Positions 1 through 10,105 of a DNA stretch of 64,000 nt are shown piece after piece. The DNA is from Kiritimatiellia bacterium (lineage in GTDB: Bacteria > Verrucomicrobiota > Kiritimatiellia > RFP12 > UBA1067): positions 9,832 through 73,831 of the forward strand of contig JAZLMG010000057.1 in assembly GCA_045598585.1 (NCBI GenBank), given 5' to 3'. The position numbers were made by a program, and so were the translations under genes. The first letter of the stretch is position 1; the number at the start of each line of letters is the position of its first letter. Below the pieces are notes generated by a model, which ran no database searches, was not told where the DNA came from, and was given only the letters and a program-made list of their open reading frames with translations.

Positions 1-2
1 TT

Positions 3-227
3 CTCAACGATGTTAAGACTGCTGCCGACGAAATCCTCGAGGATTACCTCGAAGAAGCAACGAAGGAAGTAGATCTCGCGACGCTCTTGAAGGAAATTCC
101 CGAAGGCGGCAAGGAGATCTCCATTGAGGGTTATCCGATGGCGACGATCAAGCTCGTTCCGGCGACGCTTGGCGAAGGTGTGACGACTTCGGCCAATCTC
201 TTCCAGCTCTCGATCGAGCTCAAGTAA
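3..227 (+). CDS. C-terminal fragment of a gene starting left of the window (hypothetical protein)
   Basis: Frame 3 is open from the window edge to TAA at 225-227 (...GYPMATIKLVPATLGEGVTTSANLFQLSIELK*). No family recognised. Confidence 0.4.
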   Translation, partial: LNDVKTAADEILEDYLEEATKEVDLATLLKEIPEGGKEISIEGYPMATIKLVPATLGEGVTTSANLFQLSIELK

Positions 228-250
228 GAGAAATTAGGTTTAGTCCTATA

Positions 251-292
251 CGATACGCGGTGGTTCGAAAGGATCGCCGCGTATTGTTTTTA
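251..292 (+). terminator. Rho-independent terminator after the partial upstream gene
   Basis: Stem ATACGCGG (253-260) pairs with CCGCGTAT (277-284) around a 16-nt loop, followed by TGTTTTTA. Confidence 0.5.
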
Positions 293-315
293 GCGTTAAA
301 AGAAGATGATTCCGC

Positions 316-344
316 TTGCTTTTTGGCGGGAAAAAGAGTATAAT
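316..344 (+). promoter_or_regulatory. sigma70-type promoter for the guaB-lepB-STK-ilvA unit
   Basis: TTGCTT (316-321), 17 nt, then TATAAT (339-344). The upstream GGGAAAAAGAG resembles the recurring GGAAATATGATATAAT element. An AAGGAG Shine-Dalgarno sits 7 nt before ATG at 384. Confidence 0.45.
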
Positions 345-383
345 ATATAAGGCAAAAGGGCATAACATGCCAAAGGAGCAAGA

Positions 384-1880
384 ATGAATAAGTACATGGA
401 TGATTTTATGGGGGCTTTCCCGTTCGAGGGCCTCACGTATGATGACGTTACGTTGGTGACGCAGTATGCTGACTTTTTGCCTGATGACACTTCGCTCGAG
501 ACCAAGTTCACCGCTCGTACGAAGATGAAAATTCCTTTTATGTCTGCGGCGATGGACACGGTAACCGAAGCTCCGATGGCAATCGCCATGGCGCTCGCCG
601 GCGGTATCGGCTGCATTCATAAGAACCTCGAAGAAGACGATCAGGCGAAGGAAGTCGCGAAGGTCAAGGGTTATCTTAACGGCCTTATCGACGCGCCCGT
701 TTGCTTCCACGAAAACGACGACATTTCCTTCCTCCGCTCCGAGAAGCGTCGCATGGGTCTTAAGTTCAACGGCTTCCCCGTCCTCGACGATCAGGATCGC
801 CTCGTCGGTATGATTACCTCGTCCGATATGCGCTTCGCGCCGATGGAAGCGAAGAAATTGAAGGATGTCATGCAGCCCTCGCCCATCACCGCAGCGCCCG
901 GCACCGATCTCAAGACCGCCTATGATCTTATGCGCGAAGCGAAGGTCGGTAAGCTCCCCTTGATCGACAAGGAAGGCCACGTCGTCGGTCTCTACAGCTT
1001 TACGGATGTTCAGCGTCTCGCCGAAAATCAGCACCCGACCTACAACTGCGATGACAAGTTCCGTCTTCGCGTTTGCGCTTCGGTCTCGGGCGGCAAGGGC
1101 GATATCTCGCGCCTCGAGAAGCTCGCGGCTGCCGGCGTCGACGCGGTTGTCGTCGACTCTGCCCACGGTCACTCGAAAGGCATCATGGACATGACGAAGT
1201 ACATCGTCAACAACTTCCCGAAGATCGATGTCATCGCCGGCAACATCGCGACGGGCGAAGCCGCTAAGGCACTCGCCGACTGCGGCGCGCATGCGGTTAA
1301 GGTCGGTATCGGCCCCGGTTCGATTTGCACGACCCGCGTCGTCTGCGGCGTCGGTATTCCTCAGCTCACCGCCGTCTACAATGCCGCGAAGGCGCTTCGC
1401 GGTTCGGGCGTTGCGGTCATCGCCGATGGTGGTATCAAGCTCTCGGGCGACGTTCCGAAGGCGCTTGCTGCGGGTGCCGACTCGGTCATGCTCGGCTCGG
1501 TTCTCGCCGGTACCGAAGAGTCCCCTGGTGAGAAGATCTACGCGAACGGTCGTAAGTATGTCGTTTATCGCGGCATGGGTTCGATGGCCGCGCTCAAGAA
1601 CGGCAAGGGTTCGCGTGCTCGCTACTTCCAGGACAACGAGTCGGAGGATGATCTCGTTCCTCAGGGTATCGAAGGTATGGTTCCGTATTCGGGTCACGTC
1701 AAGTCGATCATGACTCAGTTCTGCGGCGGTCTTCGTGCCTCGCTCGGTTACTGCGGCTCGAAGACGATCGAAGAGCTTCAGGAGAAGGGTAAGTTCTATC
1801 GCGTCACGACGAACGGCCTTAAGGAAGCTCGTCCGCACGATATCACCATCACCAAGGAAGCTCCTAACTACCGCGCCTAA
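384..1880 (+). CDS. guaB: IMP dehydrogenase
   Basis: 498 aa. IMPDH catalytic barrel with GGIGCIH and tandem CBS domains. Full-length match to the family. Confidence 0.95.
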   Translation: MNKYMDDFMGAFPFEGLTYDDVTLVTQYADFLPDDTSLETKFTARTKMKIPFMSAAMDTVTEAPMAIAMALAGGIGCIHKNLEEDDQAKEVAKVKGYLNGLIDAPVCFHENDDISFLRSEKRRMGLKFNGFPVLDDQDRLVGMITSSDMRFAPMEAKKLKDVMQPSPITAAPGTDLKTAYDLMREAKVGKLPLIDKEGHVVGLYSFTDVQRLAENQHPTYNCDDKFRLRVCASVSGGKGDISRLEKLAAAGVDAVVVDSAHGHSKGIMDMTKYIVNNFPKIDVIAGNIATGEAAKALADCGAHAVKVGIGPGSICTTRVVCGVGIPQLTAVYNAAKALRGSGVAVIADGGIKLSGDVPKALAAGADSVMLGSVLAGTEESPGEKIYANGRKYVVYRGMGSMAALKNGKGSRARYFQDNESEDDLVPQGIEGMVPYSGHVKSIMTQFCGGLRASLGYCGSKTIEELQEKGKFYRVTTNGLKEARPHDITITKEAPNYRA

Positions 1881-2639
1881 GTGAAGAAGTTCGCCCAAGA
1901 ATGGCTCGACACGTTGGTCGTCGCGATTTCGGTCGCGATGGCCTTTCGTGCTTATTTCTACGAGCCGTTCAATATCCCGACGGGCTCGATGCAGGATACT
2001 TTGTGGGGGTATCATACGGTCGAAGGGGAGAAGATGACCGCGTGGGACATCTTCCCCGTTTCGATTCTCAAGTGGGCCTATACGGGCGAAACTCATGTCG
2101 ACATCGAGGCCGATCGTAGCGGTATGGCGAGAGTGACGCCGCGTAATGACGGCTTCGCCAATATTTCGATCGGCTCCTCAACCAAGATTCATAAACTCCC
2201 GACCGATGCCGCAAAGAATTTGGTCGGCAAGTATTTTACGAAGGGCGATACGGTTTGGGAAGGGACGAAGGCGACGGGAGATTTCATCTTCGTCAATCGC
2301 TGGAAATGGAACTTCCGTAAGCCGCGCGTCGGGGACGTCATGATTTTCTCGACGACCGGCATTAAGGGCCTCGCGCAAGGAACTCACTACATCAAGCGCA
2401 TGAAGGCGACGCCCGGAATGACGTATGAGCTCGAGCATCTCCCGACGGGACCTGACGGAAGTGTAATCGAAGAGCTTCCGAGCGTCGTTACGATGGGCGA
2501 AGACGAATATTTCGCCTGCGGAGACAATTTCAACAACAGTTTTGACAGTCGTTATTGGGGCCCGGTCCCCGGGCGTCTCTTGCGCGGCACCGCAAGCGTC
2601 GTCTTTTGGCCTTTTAACAAGTGGAGGGTGGTAAAATGA
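1881..2639 (+). CDS. lepB: Signal peptidase I
   Basis: GTG start directly after the guaB TAA. N-terminal TM, GSMQDTL (S26 Ser box) and C-terminal GDNFNNSFDSRYWG box. Confidence 0.9.
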   Translation: MKKFAQEWLDTLVVAISVAMAFRAYFYEPFNIPTGSMQDTLWGYHTVEGEKMTAWDIFPVSILKWAYTGETHVDIEADRSGMARVTPRNDGFANISIGSSTKIHKLPTDAAKNLVGKYFTKGDTVWEGTKATGDFIFVNRWKWNFRKPRVGDVMIFSTTGIKGLAQGTHYIKRMKATPGMTYELEHLPTGPDGSVIEELPSVVTMGEDEYFACGDNFNNSFDSRYWGPVPGRLLRGTASVVFWPFNKWRVVK

Positions 2640-5020
2640 GCGAAGAATTGATTAAGGTTCCTTGCCAATTCGGTGAAACCGGTAACTTCCTTTTGGAGCG
2701 TGCGCTCGGCACGGGCGGCATGGGCGGCGTTTATTTAGGCCGCGACAAGATGCTCGATCGTCCTGTCGCCGTTAAGGTCATGCTTAAGGAATACGGCAGC
2801 GACGCTCAGTTCGTCGAGACCTTTAAGAAGGAAGCTCAGGCCGCTGCGAAACTTCTTCACCCGAATATCGCCCAGATCTACTCGTACGGTCTTTCCGACG
2901 GTATGCCCTATATCGCGATGGAACTCGCGACGGGCGGCTCCTTGGAATCGATCATGAAGAAGTCGGGCGCGGGTAAGACCGATGTGCCGCGCGTTATGAA
3001 GATCTGTCAGCAGGTCGCTCAGGCTCTCGCATGTGCCGCGGACTTCGGCCTCGTCCATGGCGACGTCAAGCCCGAGAACATCCTCCTCGATGCGAACGGC
3101 AACGCGAAGCTCGTCGACTTCGGTCTTGCCGCGATGGCGAAGAACACCGACGAAATTTGGGGTACGCCGTTCTACATTTCGCCCGAGAAAGTGAAGAAAG
3201 AGCCCGTCGACTATCGTGCCGATATGTATTCGTTGGGCGGAACTTTGTACCATGCGCTTACCGGCGTTCCTCCGTTTGATGGGAAGGACACGACCGCTGT
3301 CGTTAAGGCGCGCTTCCTTGCCGAAGCGAAAAAGCCCTCGGACGTTCGTCCCGGCCTCTCGCCCCAGATCGACGCGCTCGTCATGAAGATGCTCGCGTTC
3401 AACAAGGAAGATCGCTTCCCGAGCTTTGAAGCGCTTATCGAAGAATTCAAGCAGGTCATGACGACGGGCCTTACCTCGACTCAGAAGGTCGAAGCTTCGA
3501 AGACCGGCGCTGTCGCCGATTCTACTGCGGCTCAAGCGGCCAAGCCTGCCGCAGGTGGCAAGAAGATCATCATGAAAAAGAAGCCCGGCGCGAAAGATGC
3601 CGCGACCGATCCCGAGAAGAAGGAGGGTGAAGTCAATCCCGAAGCGAAGAGCGAAGGGGAGGGCGAGGAAGACGAAGGCGGCAATATCGGTCTTAAGATT
3701 GCCGCGGTTGTCGGCGGCGTAATCGGCATTATCTTGCTCGTCGTCGGAGGACTTTTCTGGTACAAGGCGGCGGAAAAAGCCGCCGAAGAGCGCGCTTATC
3801 AACAGCAGATCGTTAATGGCATCGCCGAAGCGAAAAGCGCTATCAACGCTACTGCCGAAGTCGCCGAGAAGTTCGTAACGGGTCAGGTTCAGCGTCTTGC
3901 CGATGAGGCGATCGAGTCGGCGAAAAAGCTTTCGCCCGAATTCGAAAAGCTCGCGCCCAAGTTTGCCGCGGAAATGGATCCCGGTGAAAACGGCCAGAAG
4001 AAGATGTCCGAAAACGCTCCGCAGCCCGTGAAGGATATGCGCGACCTTTGGGACCGTGCCTATCAGTGCAAGAAGGCCGCCAATAAGCTCGCTGAAGATG
4101 CGAAGGCGATTGCGGCTATTCGTGACGAAGCTCAGAAAATCGACGGAACGACCGAAGAAGATATGCGTAAGCTCGGCGAAATGTCGCGCGATGCCAATGA
4201 TAAGTACGAGGCGATTAAGAGCTCGAAGGAAACTCAGCTCATCACGAAGGAACTCGGCTTCATCAATCAGCGCGGTCCGCGTCTCTTGAAGAGTTCGGCA
4301 GAAACCATGCGTGTCGAAGCTTTGAAGGCCGCCCGTGAAGCTAAGAAGGAAGCCGAAAAGAAGGCGAAGGCCGAGAAGGAAGCCGCTGCCGAAGCCGCCA
4401 AGAAGGCGGAGATCGAAGCGGAAATCTCGGCCGTCAAGGAAAAGTTCCAGGCCCTCGCTTCCGATGGTCGCATTTTCAAGCAACTCGATTGGAAGAGTGC
4501 TATCCGTCAGCTCGAGACCATCAAGGCCGACTTCAAGCATCCTGAATCCGAACAGGCCGCCGATCTTGAAATCGGCAAGGTTAACGTCATGAAGTCTGTC
4601 CAGGATATCTTCATCGCCAACTTGAAGGGCTATAAGTTCGCCAAGTCGAAGCTCAAAAATCACACCATCGTGACGATTGACGAGAAGGATATCGTCCTTG
4701 CAAAGCCCGATGGTGGTCAGATGAAGCTTACTTGGCCGAAGTTCTATCAGGGCTATCATGGTAACCTCAACGAAATCATCATTCAGTATATCGAGAAGGG
4801 TCGCCAAAACTGCAATCCGAAACTTAATTTGAAGCAGTGGTCTGATGGTATGATGGGCGCGGCAATGACGCTTCGTCTCATCTGCAATGATGACCCCGCG
4901 GCAGCTTCGCGCGGTGATTCCATGGCCAAGGAAGTCGGCAAGAAGTTCCCCGATTTGATCGGCAAGCTTAAAGCTTATTTCCCCGATCTCGAATTTGAAG
5001 GTGGCGAAGAAGAAGAATGA
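2636..5020 (+). CDS. Membrane-anchored Hanks-type Ser/Thr protein kinase with large C-terminal coiled-coil domain of unknown function
   Basis: ATG at 2636 overlaps the lepB TGA (AATGA) and has a GGAGGGTGG Shine-Dalgarno. Gly loop GTGGMGGVY, VAVK, catalytic loop HGDVKPEN (non-RD), DFG and SPE. One TM helix (IGLKIAAVVGGVIGIILLVVGGLFWY). The C-terminal ~420 aa are a Lys/Ala/Glu-rich coiled coil. Confidence 0.85.
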   Translation: MSEELIKVPCQFGETGNFLLERALGTGGMGGVYLGRDKMLDRPVAVKVMLKEYGSDAQFVETFKKEAQAAAKLLHPNIAQIYSYGLSDGMPYIAMELATGGSLESIMKKSGAGKTDVPRVMKICQQVAQALACAADFGLVHGDVKPENILLDANGNAKLVDFGLAAMAKNTDEIWGTPFYISPEKVKKEPVDYRADMYSLGGTLYHALTGVPPFDGKDTTAVVKARFLAEAKKPSDVRPGLSPQIDALVMKMLAFNKEDRFPSFEALIEEFKQVMTTGLTSTQKVEASKTGAVADSTAAQAAKPAAGGKKIIMKKKPGAKDAATDPEKKEGEVNPEAKSEGEGEEDEGGNIGLKIAAVVGGVIGIILLVVGGLFWYKAAEKAAEERAYQQQIVNGIAEAKSAINATAEVAEKFVTGQVQRLADEAIESAKKLSPEFEKLAPKFAAEMDPGENGQKKMSENAPQPVKDMRDLWDRAYQCKKAANKLAEDAKAIAAIRDEAQKIDGTTEEDMRKLGEMSRDANDKYEAIKSSKETQLITKELGFINQRGPRLLKSSAETMRVEALKAAREAKKEAEKKAKAEKEAAAEAAKKAEIEAEISAVKEKFQALASDGRIFKQLDWKSAIRQLETIKADFKHPESEQAADLEIGKVNVMKSVQDIFIANLKGYKFAKSKLKNHTIVTIDEKDIVLAKPDGGQMKLTWPKFYQGYHGNLNEIIIQYIEKGRQNCNPKLNLKQWSDGMMGAAMTLRLICNDDPAAASRGDSMAKEVGKKFPDLIGKLKAYFPDLEFEGGEEEE

Positions 5021-6525
5021 GCGAAATAAATTATCTTCAGAAGATTCTGACCTCGACCGTCTACGATGTGGCGGTCGAGACTCCTCTTGAGGAGGCGAAA
5101 CAGCTTTCCAAGAAGTACGGCTGTCGCTTTTTGCTTAAGCGCGAAGACCTCCAACCCGTGCACTCCTTTAAAATCCGCGGCGCTTATAATAAGATGTCGC
5201 AGCTTTCGAAGGAGGAGCTCGATAGGGGCGTCATTTGCGCCTCGGCCGGAAACCATGCCCAAGGCGTCGCGCTTTCGGCACAGAAGCTCGGCGTGAAAGC
5301 GACCATCGTCATGCCTGTTACGACGCCTGAGATCAAAACCTCGGCCGTTAAGTCATATGGCGCGGAGATCGTCTTACACGGTGACTCTTATTCCGATACT
5401 TACGAAGAGCTTCATCGTCAGATCGAAGAGTACGGTTATACCTACATCGCGCCTTTCGATGATCCCGAGGTTATCGCGGGTCAAGGTACGGTCGGTAAGG
5501 AAATCCTCAACCAGGCGGGACGCAAATTGACCGCCGTATTCGTGCCGATCGGGGGCGGCGGTCTTGCTGCCGGTGTCGCCGTTTACGTAAAGAGCGTCAA
5601 TCCTGCCATTAAGGTTTACGGCGTCGAGCCGGATGATTCCGATTGTATGGATCGTTCGATCAAGGCCGGGAAACGCGTCACGCTCGCGAATCCGAGTCTT
5701 TTCGCCGATGGCGTTTGCGTGAAAGAGCCGGGCGTCGAGACATTCCGCCTTTGTCAGAAGTATTTGGACGGCATCGTTCGCGTTTCCACTTCGGAAACTT
5801 GCGCGGCGATTAAGGATGTCTTTGAAGCGACTCGTGCGATTTGTGAACCGGCCGGTGCTCTCGCGCTCGCAGCCGCGAAGAAGATCGCGAAGGAAGGGGA
5901 GACGTACGCCTGTATAATCTCCGGCGCGAACATGAATTTCGACCGCATTCGCTTCGTTTCGGAAGAAACCGAAATCGGCGAAGAGCGTGAAGCTATTTTC
6001 GAAGTTCGCATTCCCGAGAAGCCCGGTGCCTTCAAGGGCTTTATCGAGATGATCGGCAAGCGTTCGATTACCGAATTCAATTACCGCTATTCAGACTCCG
6101 ATCATGCACACATCTTCGTCGGCATGAGCGTAAAGAGTCCCGCCGAACGAGAAGGGCTCAAGAAGCTCTTTGAAGAAGCGGGGTATCGCGCTACCGACTT
6201 AACCGAAGATTCGATTGCCAAAGAGCATATTCGTCACATGGTGGGCGGGCATACGCATGGTGTTGAAGACGAAGTCGTCATGAGCTTCGAGTTCCCGGAA
6301 AAGCCCGGCGCGCTTATGAACTTCTTGACCGTAATTGCCGGCCGCTTTAATATTACCTTATTCCATTATCGCAACCATGGTGCCGATCATGGAAGGGTGC
6401 TCTGCGGTTTCCAGGTGAAAGAAAGCGACCGCGGTGAATTCACCGCGGCCTTGGAACGAATCGGATATCAGTATACCGATGAAACCATGAATCCCGCTTA
6501 TCGTTACTTCTTGGGTAATCGATAA
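5017..6525 (+). CDS. ilvA: Biosynthetic threonine dehydratase
   Basis: 502 aa. PLP-fold SFKIRGA lysine motif plus two C-terminal ACT-like regulatory domains. ATG overlaps the kinase TGA (ATGA). Confidence 0.9.
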   Translation: MSEINYLQKILTSTVYDVAVETPLEEAKQLSKKYGCRFLLKREDLQPVHSFKIRGAYNKMSQLSKEELDRGVICASAGNHAQGVALSAQKLGVKATIVMPVTTPEIKTSAVKSYGAEIVLHGDSYSDTYEELHRQIEEYGYTYIAPFDDPEVIAGQGTVGKEILNQAGRKLTAVFVPIGGGGLAAGVAVYVKSVNPAIKVYGVEPDDSDCMDRSIKAGKRVTLANPSLFADGVCVKEPGVETFRLCQKYLDGIVRVSTSETCAAIKDVFEATRAICEPAGALALAAAKKIAKEGETYACIISGANMNFDRIRFVSEETEIGEEREAIFEVRIPEKPGAFKGFIEMIGKRSITEFNYRYSDSDHAHIFVGMSVKSPAEREGLKKLFEEAGYRATDLTEDSIAKEHIRHMVGGHTHGVEDEVVMSFEFPEKPGALMNFLTVIAGRFNITLFHYRNHGADHGRVLCGFQVKESDRGEFTAALERIGYQYTDETMNPAYRYFLGNR

Positions 6526-6537
6526 GCGAGAAGGGTT

Positions 6538-7476
6538 TTATTCTTTAGGAATCAGCCAATTGGCACCGGAGTCGACGGGGATTGAATAATCCTCGTCGTC
6601 TTCGTTATAATAGTCTTCAAGCTCGTCATCGTCCGTTTCGATATCCTCGATATCGTCATCCTCGGTATCGAGCATATCCTCGAGTTCGTCATCATCAACC
6701 TCGATATCTTCAACGACTTCGAGAATCTGCGGACGTTTTGCGGGTGGACGCTTTACGGCCTTAGGTTGCGTCTGCGGCTTTTTGACGGCCGGTTGCTCCG
6801 CTTCGATCTGCTGCTGGATTTGCTGCTGCTCGAGACGCTGATAGTATTCAGGATAATGCTTGCGGCGATATGCCTCAAGCTCTTGCTCGCGAAGTTGCGC
6901 CTTTTGAGCGGCAATGGCTTCTTCTTGGGCCTTGAGAAGGGCAGCCGTCTTTTCTATACGCTCCTGTTGTTCCTTGAGCTTCTTCTCCATCGCGATCTGC
7001 TCGGGAGAAGGACCTTGGGGCTCCTGGACGACTGGAGCCGGCTGAGGAGGCGGCGGAGCGCTTTGAACGGCCTTTTGTTCCTGGATGAGCGTCTTAAGCG
7101 ACTCGACCATCGCAACGAGCGCCGAGTTGTCCTGAGGCGGCTGAACGACGACGGGCTGAGGCGCCGGCTGCGGTTGGACTACCTGTTGCGCCGGAACTTC
7201 GCGTTCTTTCATCGCGAAATCAATCAAACGATCATTAAGCGCCTGATTACGAAGATTAAGCGTATAGATAACGAAGCTAAGACCGCCGGCAACCGTAAAC
7301 AATATGAACATGAAAAGAATCGTCATCGCCGTCATGCGATGACGAGCTTTCGCTTGTTCCTTATCTACGTATTCCTGGAACGCTTTGAGGATAGGAAAAT
7401 CATCCATCGCGTCAGACGTGTCTCCGTAAAGACTAACGGCAGTGGTGGGCGTTTCGTTTTCGTTATCTATTTCCAT
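6538..7476 (-). CDS. Hypothetical single-pass membrane protein with Pro/Gln-rich region, coiled coil and poly-acidic C-terminal tail
   Basis: 312 aa. One TM helix (ILFMFILFTVAGGLSFVIYTL), PQPAPQP repeats, a QQ/E-rich coiled coil and a terminal DDDELED-rich tail. No known family. Confidence 0.55.
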   Translation of the reverse strand: MEIDNENETPTTAVSLYGDTSDAMDDFPILKAFQEYVDKEQAKARHRMTAMTILFMFILFTVAGGLSFVIYTLNLRNQALNDRLIDFAMKEREVPAQQVVQPQPAPQPVVVQPPQDNSALVAMVESLKTLIQEQKAVQSAPPPPQPAPVVQEPQGPSPEQIAMEKKLKEQQERIEKTAALLKAQEEAIAAQKAQLREQELEAYRRKHYPEYYQRLEQQQIQQQIEAEQPAVKKPQTQPKAVKRPPAKRPQILEVVEDIEVDDDELEDMLDTEDDDIEDIETDDDELEDYYNEDDEDYSIPVDSGANWLIPKE

Positions 7477-7522
7477 ATAACTCCTAGTTTACATAACGGG
7501 CGTTGTACGGGTTAGGTATAAA

Positions 7523-8716
7523 TCACTTTTTAAAGCTCGCCATGGCTCGTTTGAAGCCGTCGGCCGAGCGTTCGATGATCTTTTCGTCTACGGAGCAAGA
7601 CAGTCTCACATAACCCGCGAAACCGAAACCTTTACCGGTAACGACAAGGATCTTTTCTTTCAAGAGCGCATCGACGAACTGCATATCATCTTCGACGGGA
7701 CTCTTCGCAAAGAAATAAAACGCGCCCTTGGGCATCTCGAATTCGATTCCCGCGTCGCTTAAGACCTTGGCCATAAGTTTACGACGACGATCATAGATGT
7801 CGAGATCAACGGTTTCGTTAACGAGCGCTGCAGCGAGGCGTTGTCCGATAACGGGAGCATTGACGAAGCCGAGCGTACGATTGGTGAGCGTAACTGCGGC
7901 AACGAGCGTCTCCTGGTCAGGCATCGCGGGATTGGCGACAAAGTAGCCGATACGTTCACCGGCGAGCGAGAGCGTCTTCGAGAAGCTGCCGAGGACGCAC
8001 GCATACTTCGACAACGGAAGCATCGCCGGCACTTTTGCGCCGTCATAAGCGAACGCACGATAAGGTTCGTCGGAAAGAATGAAAAGGGGTCGTTCCCTTC
8101 TCTCATTCACCTTCTCGACAATTTCCGCAATCGCCTTCAAATCTTCCTCTGCGTAGATGCAGCCGGTCGGATTATTGGGCGAATTGATGATGATCGCACG
8201 AGTCTTATCGGTAATCGCCGCCTCAATCCCCTTCACATCGGGTCTGAATGTCGGAGGAATCGACGGAACCGTCTTCAAGACGCCACCGAAATGACCGCAA
8301 TAAGCGCCGTATTCAACGAAATAAGGCGCAGGAGTAAGGACTTCATCGCCGGGCTCGATAACGGCGCGGAAGAACGAAACGAGCGCTCCTGCCGCGCCGA
8401 CGGTCATGACGATATCCTTCGCCTGAACGGGCGTTTCCTGCTGTTTCGAAAGATATTCGGCCATCTTCTCACGAACGGCGGGAATACCGGCGTTCGGGCA
8501 ATAACCGAGGCCGAGCGGCTGAATCGCCGCGTCAGCGAGCTTGATAAGCTCATCCTTGACCTTCTGAGGCGGCGGGACATCGGGATTGCCGAGCGAGAAA
8601 TCGCAAACGGCATCGGCGCCGAACTCTTTCTTGAGCTCGAGCCCCTTCTCGAACATTTTGCGAATCCAGCTCGACGAAGCCATCGAGTTCTTGATCGCGG
8701 TCGTTACGGTCTGCAT
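7523..8716 (-). CDS. Class I/II PLP-dependent aminotransferase (AlaA/AspC-like)
   Basis: 397 aa. SLGNPDVPP N-terminus, NPTG and the SFSKTLSLAGERIGY lysine motif. Confidence 0.85.
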   Translation of the reverse strand: MQTVTTAIKNSMASSSWIRKMFEKGLELKKEFGADAVCDFSLGNPDVPPPQKVKDELIKLADAAIQPLGLGYCPNAGIPAVREKMAEYLSKQQETPVQAKDIVMTVGAAGALVSFFRAVIEPGDEVLTPAPYFVEYGAYCGHFGGVLKTVPSIPPTFRPDVKGIEAAITDKTRAIIINSPNNPTGCIYAEEDLKAIAEIVEKVNERRERPLFILSDEPYRAFAYDGAKVPAMLPLSKYACVLGSFSKTLSLAGERIGYFVANPAMPDQETLVAAVTLTNRTLGFVNAPVIGQRLAAALVNETVDLDIYDRRRKLMAKVLSDAGIEFEMPKGAFYFFAKSPVEDDMQFVDALLKEKILVVTGKGFGFAGYVRLSCSVDEKIIERSADGFKRAMASFKK

Positions 8717-8720
8717 TTTC

Positions 8721-10100
8721 TTAAGCCCTCAAATAGGCGCTGTAAGCGCGGTAGGTCTGCCAGCAGTCGTTCTTGTGGGTGATTTCCCAAGGAGCGTGCA
8801 TATTCCACATCGGCGTACCCATATCGAGAACCTTCATGCCGAAGCGCGACATATACTGCGCGATGGTGCCGCCACCACCCTTCTCCTGCTTGCCGAGTTC
8901 GGCCATCTGCCACTCGACCTTGCCTTCGTCCATGACCTTGCGGATGAACGCGACGAACTCGGGACCGCAGTCGCTCGAACCGCCCTTCGACGCGCCACCC
9001 GTGTACTTGGACGCGGCGACGCCCTTGCCGAGCTTCGCGGCATTTCCGGTCGAGTCAAGCGATTCGAAGTGAGGATCGGACGCGGCAGTTACGTCGGCGG
9101 AGAGCATCGAGCTTTTTTCGAGCGCGCGGCGAACCATGATATCACGAGCGTTCTTTTCCTGGCGTTCGATAAGTTCCGCGACAGTGTTTTCGAAGAACGA
9201 GCTCTGCATACCGGTCGAACCGACGGAGCCGATTTCTTCCTTGTCGCACATCAAAATCGACGCGGTCTGTTCGGGGACTTGATCCGCGGCATCGAGGAGC
9301 GCCTGGAGACCCGCGAACGAACAGACGCGGTCATCGTGACCATAGCCGCCGATGAGCATGCGGTCGAAGCCGACTTCCTTAGGGAGACCCGCAGGAACCA
9401 TTTCGAGTTCGGCGGAGAGGAAGTCCTCTTCTTCGAGATCGTATTCCTTCTTGAGGAAATCGAGGAACGACTTCTTCAAGGGAGAAACTTTCTTCTTCTC
9501 GTCCTTATCCTTCTTCGCCTTCTTATCCTCTTCCCCTTCGCTGATCCAAGCGACGACATCGAGATCTTCCGCCGGGAAGAACTTGTCGCGCGTCTCCTTC
9601 GCCTGATCATAACCGAGGTGCGGAAGAATATCGGTGATCATAAAGACAGGATCGCCTTCCTTATCGCCGACGGCAATGTCGACCTGCGTGCCGTCTTTCT
9701 TGACGACCGATCCGTAAAGCGCCAAGGGAAGCGTAAGCCACTGATACTTCTTGATGCCACCATACATGTGGCAATCGAAGAAGATGACGCCGCTATGTTC
9801 GTAAAGCGGAATCGGCTTCAAGTCGAGACGCGGCGCATCGGTATGACCGCCGACGACCTTAAGACCGACTTCGCTGATCGGCTTTTTGCCGATAACAGCG
9901 GCCATAATCGTGCGGCCTTCATAACCGCGATAAACCTTATCTCCGGCCTTCAAAGTTTTGAAAGCCGAGATCTCTTTAAATCCCTTTGCCTTGAGAAGAC
10001 GCTCGCTTTCGGAGTAGCTGCGGCGTTCGGTCTTGGCAATACCCAAGTAGCGCATGTATTCTGCGCAATACTTATCCATCGGCATATAAGAAGTTTTCAT
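8721..10100 (-). CDS. M18-family aminopeptidase (aspartyl aminopeptidase-like)
   Basis: HTDAPRLDLKP and GGYGHDDRVCSFAGLQALLDA motifs. Start chosen at MKTSY (M54 of the ORF) because a promoter element sits 5 nt upstream. Contains a Lys/Asp-rich insert (KKAKKDKDEKKK). Confidence 0.75.
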   Translation of the reverse strand: MKTSYMPMDKYCAEYMRYLGIAKTERRSYSESERLLKAKGFKEISAFKTLKAGDKVYRGYEGRTIMAAVIGKKPISEVGLKVVGGHTDAPRLDLKPIPLYEHSGVIFFDCHMYGGIKKYQWLTLPLALYGSVVKKDGTQVDIAVGDKEGDPVFMITDILPHLGYDQAKETRDKFFPAEDLDVVAWISEGEEDKKAKKDKDEKKKVSPLKKSFLDFLKKEYDLEEEDFLSAELEMVPAGLPKEVGFDRMLIGGYGHDDRVCSFAGLQALLDAADQVPEQTASILMCDKEEIGSVGSTGMQSSFFENTVAELIERQEKNARDIMVRRALEKSSMLSADVTAASDPHFESLDSTGNAAKLGKGVAASKYTGGASKGGSSDCGPEFVAFIRKVMDEGKVEWQMAELGKQEKGGGGTIAQYMSRFGMKVLDMGTPMWNMHAPWEITHKNDCWQTYRAYSAYLRA

Positions 10101-10105
10101 ACCTA

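Noticed and set aside
246-2096. Long antisense ORFs inside real genes: 616 aa at 246-2096 inside guaB, 690 aa at 2735-4807 inside the kinase, 506 aa at 8586-10106, 400 aa at 23940-25142, 390 aa at 40615-41787 and many in the 60-300 aa range.
   Set aside because: They are Arg/Ala/Gly-rich, lack recognisable domains and lie fully antisense to strongly supported conserved genes. They are typical high-GC frame artefacts.
7477-7522. Possible hairpin or promoter in the 46-nt spacer between the aminotransferase stop and the acidic membrane protein start.
   Set aside because: There is only weak dyad symmetry and no convincing -35/-10 or copy of the conserved motif. It cannot be supported.
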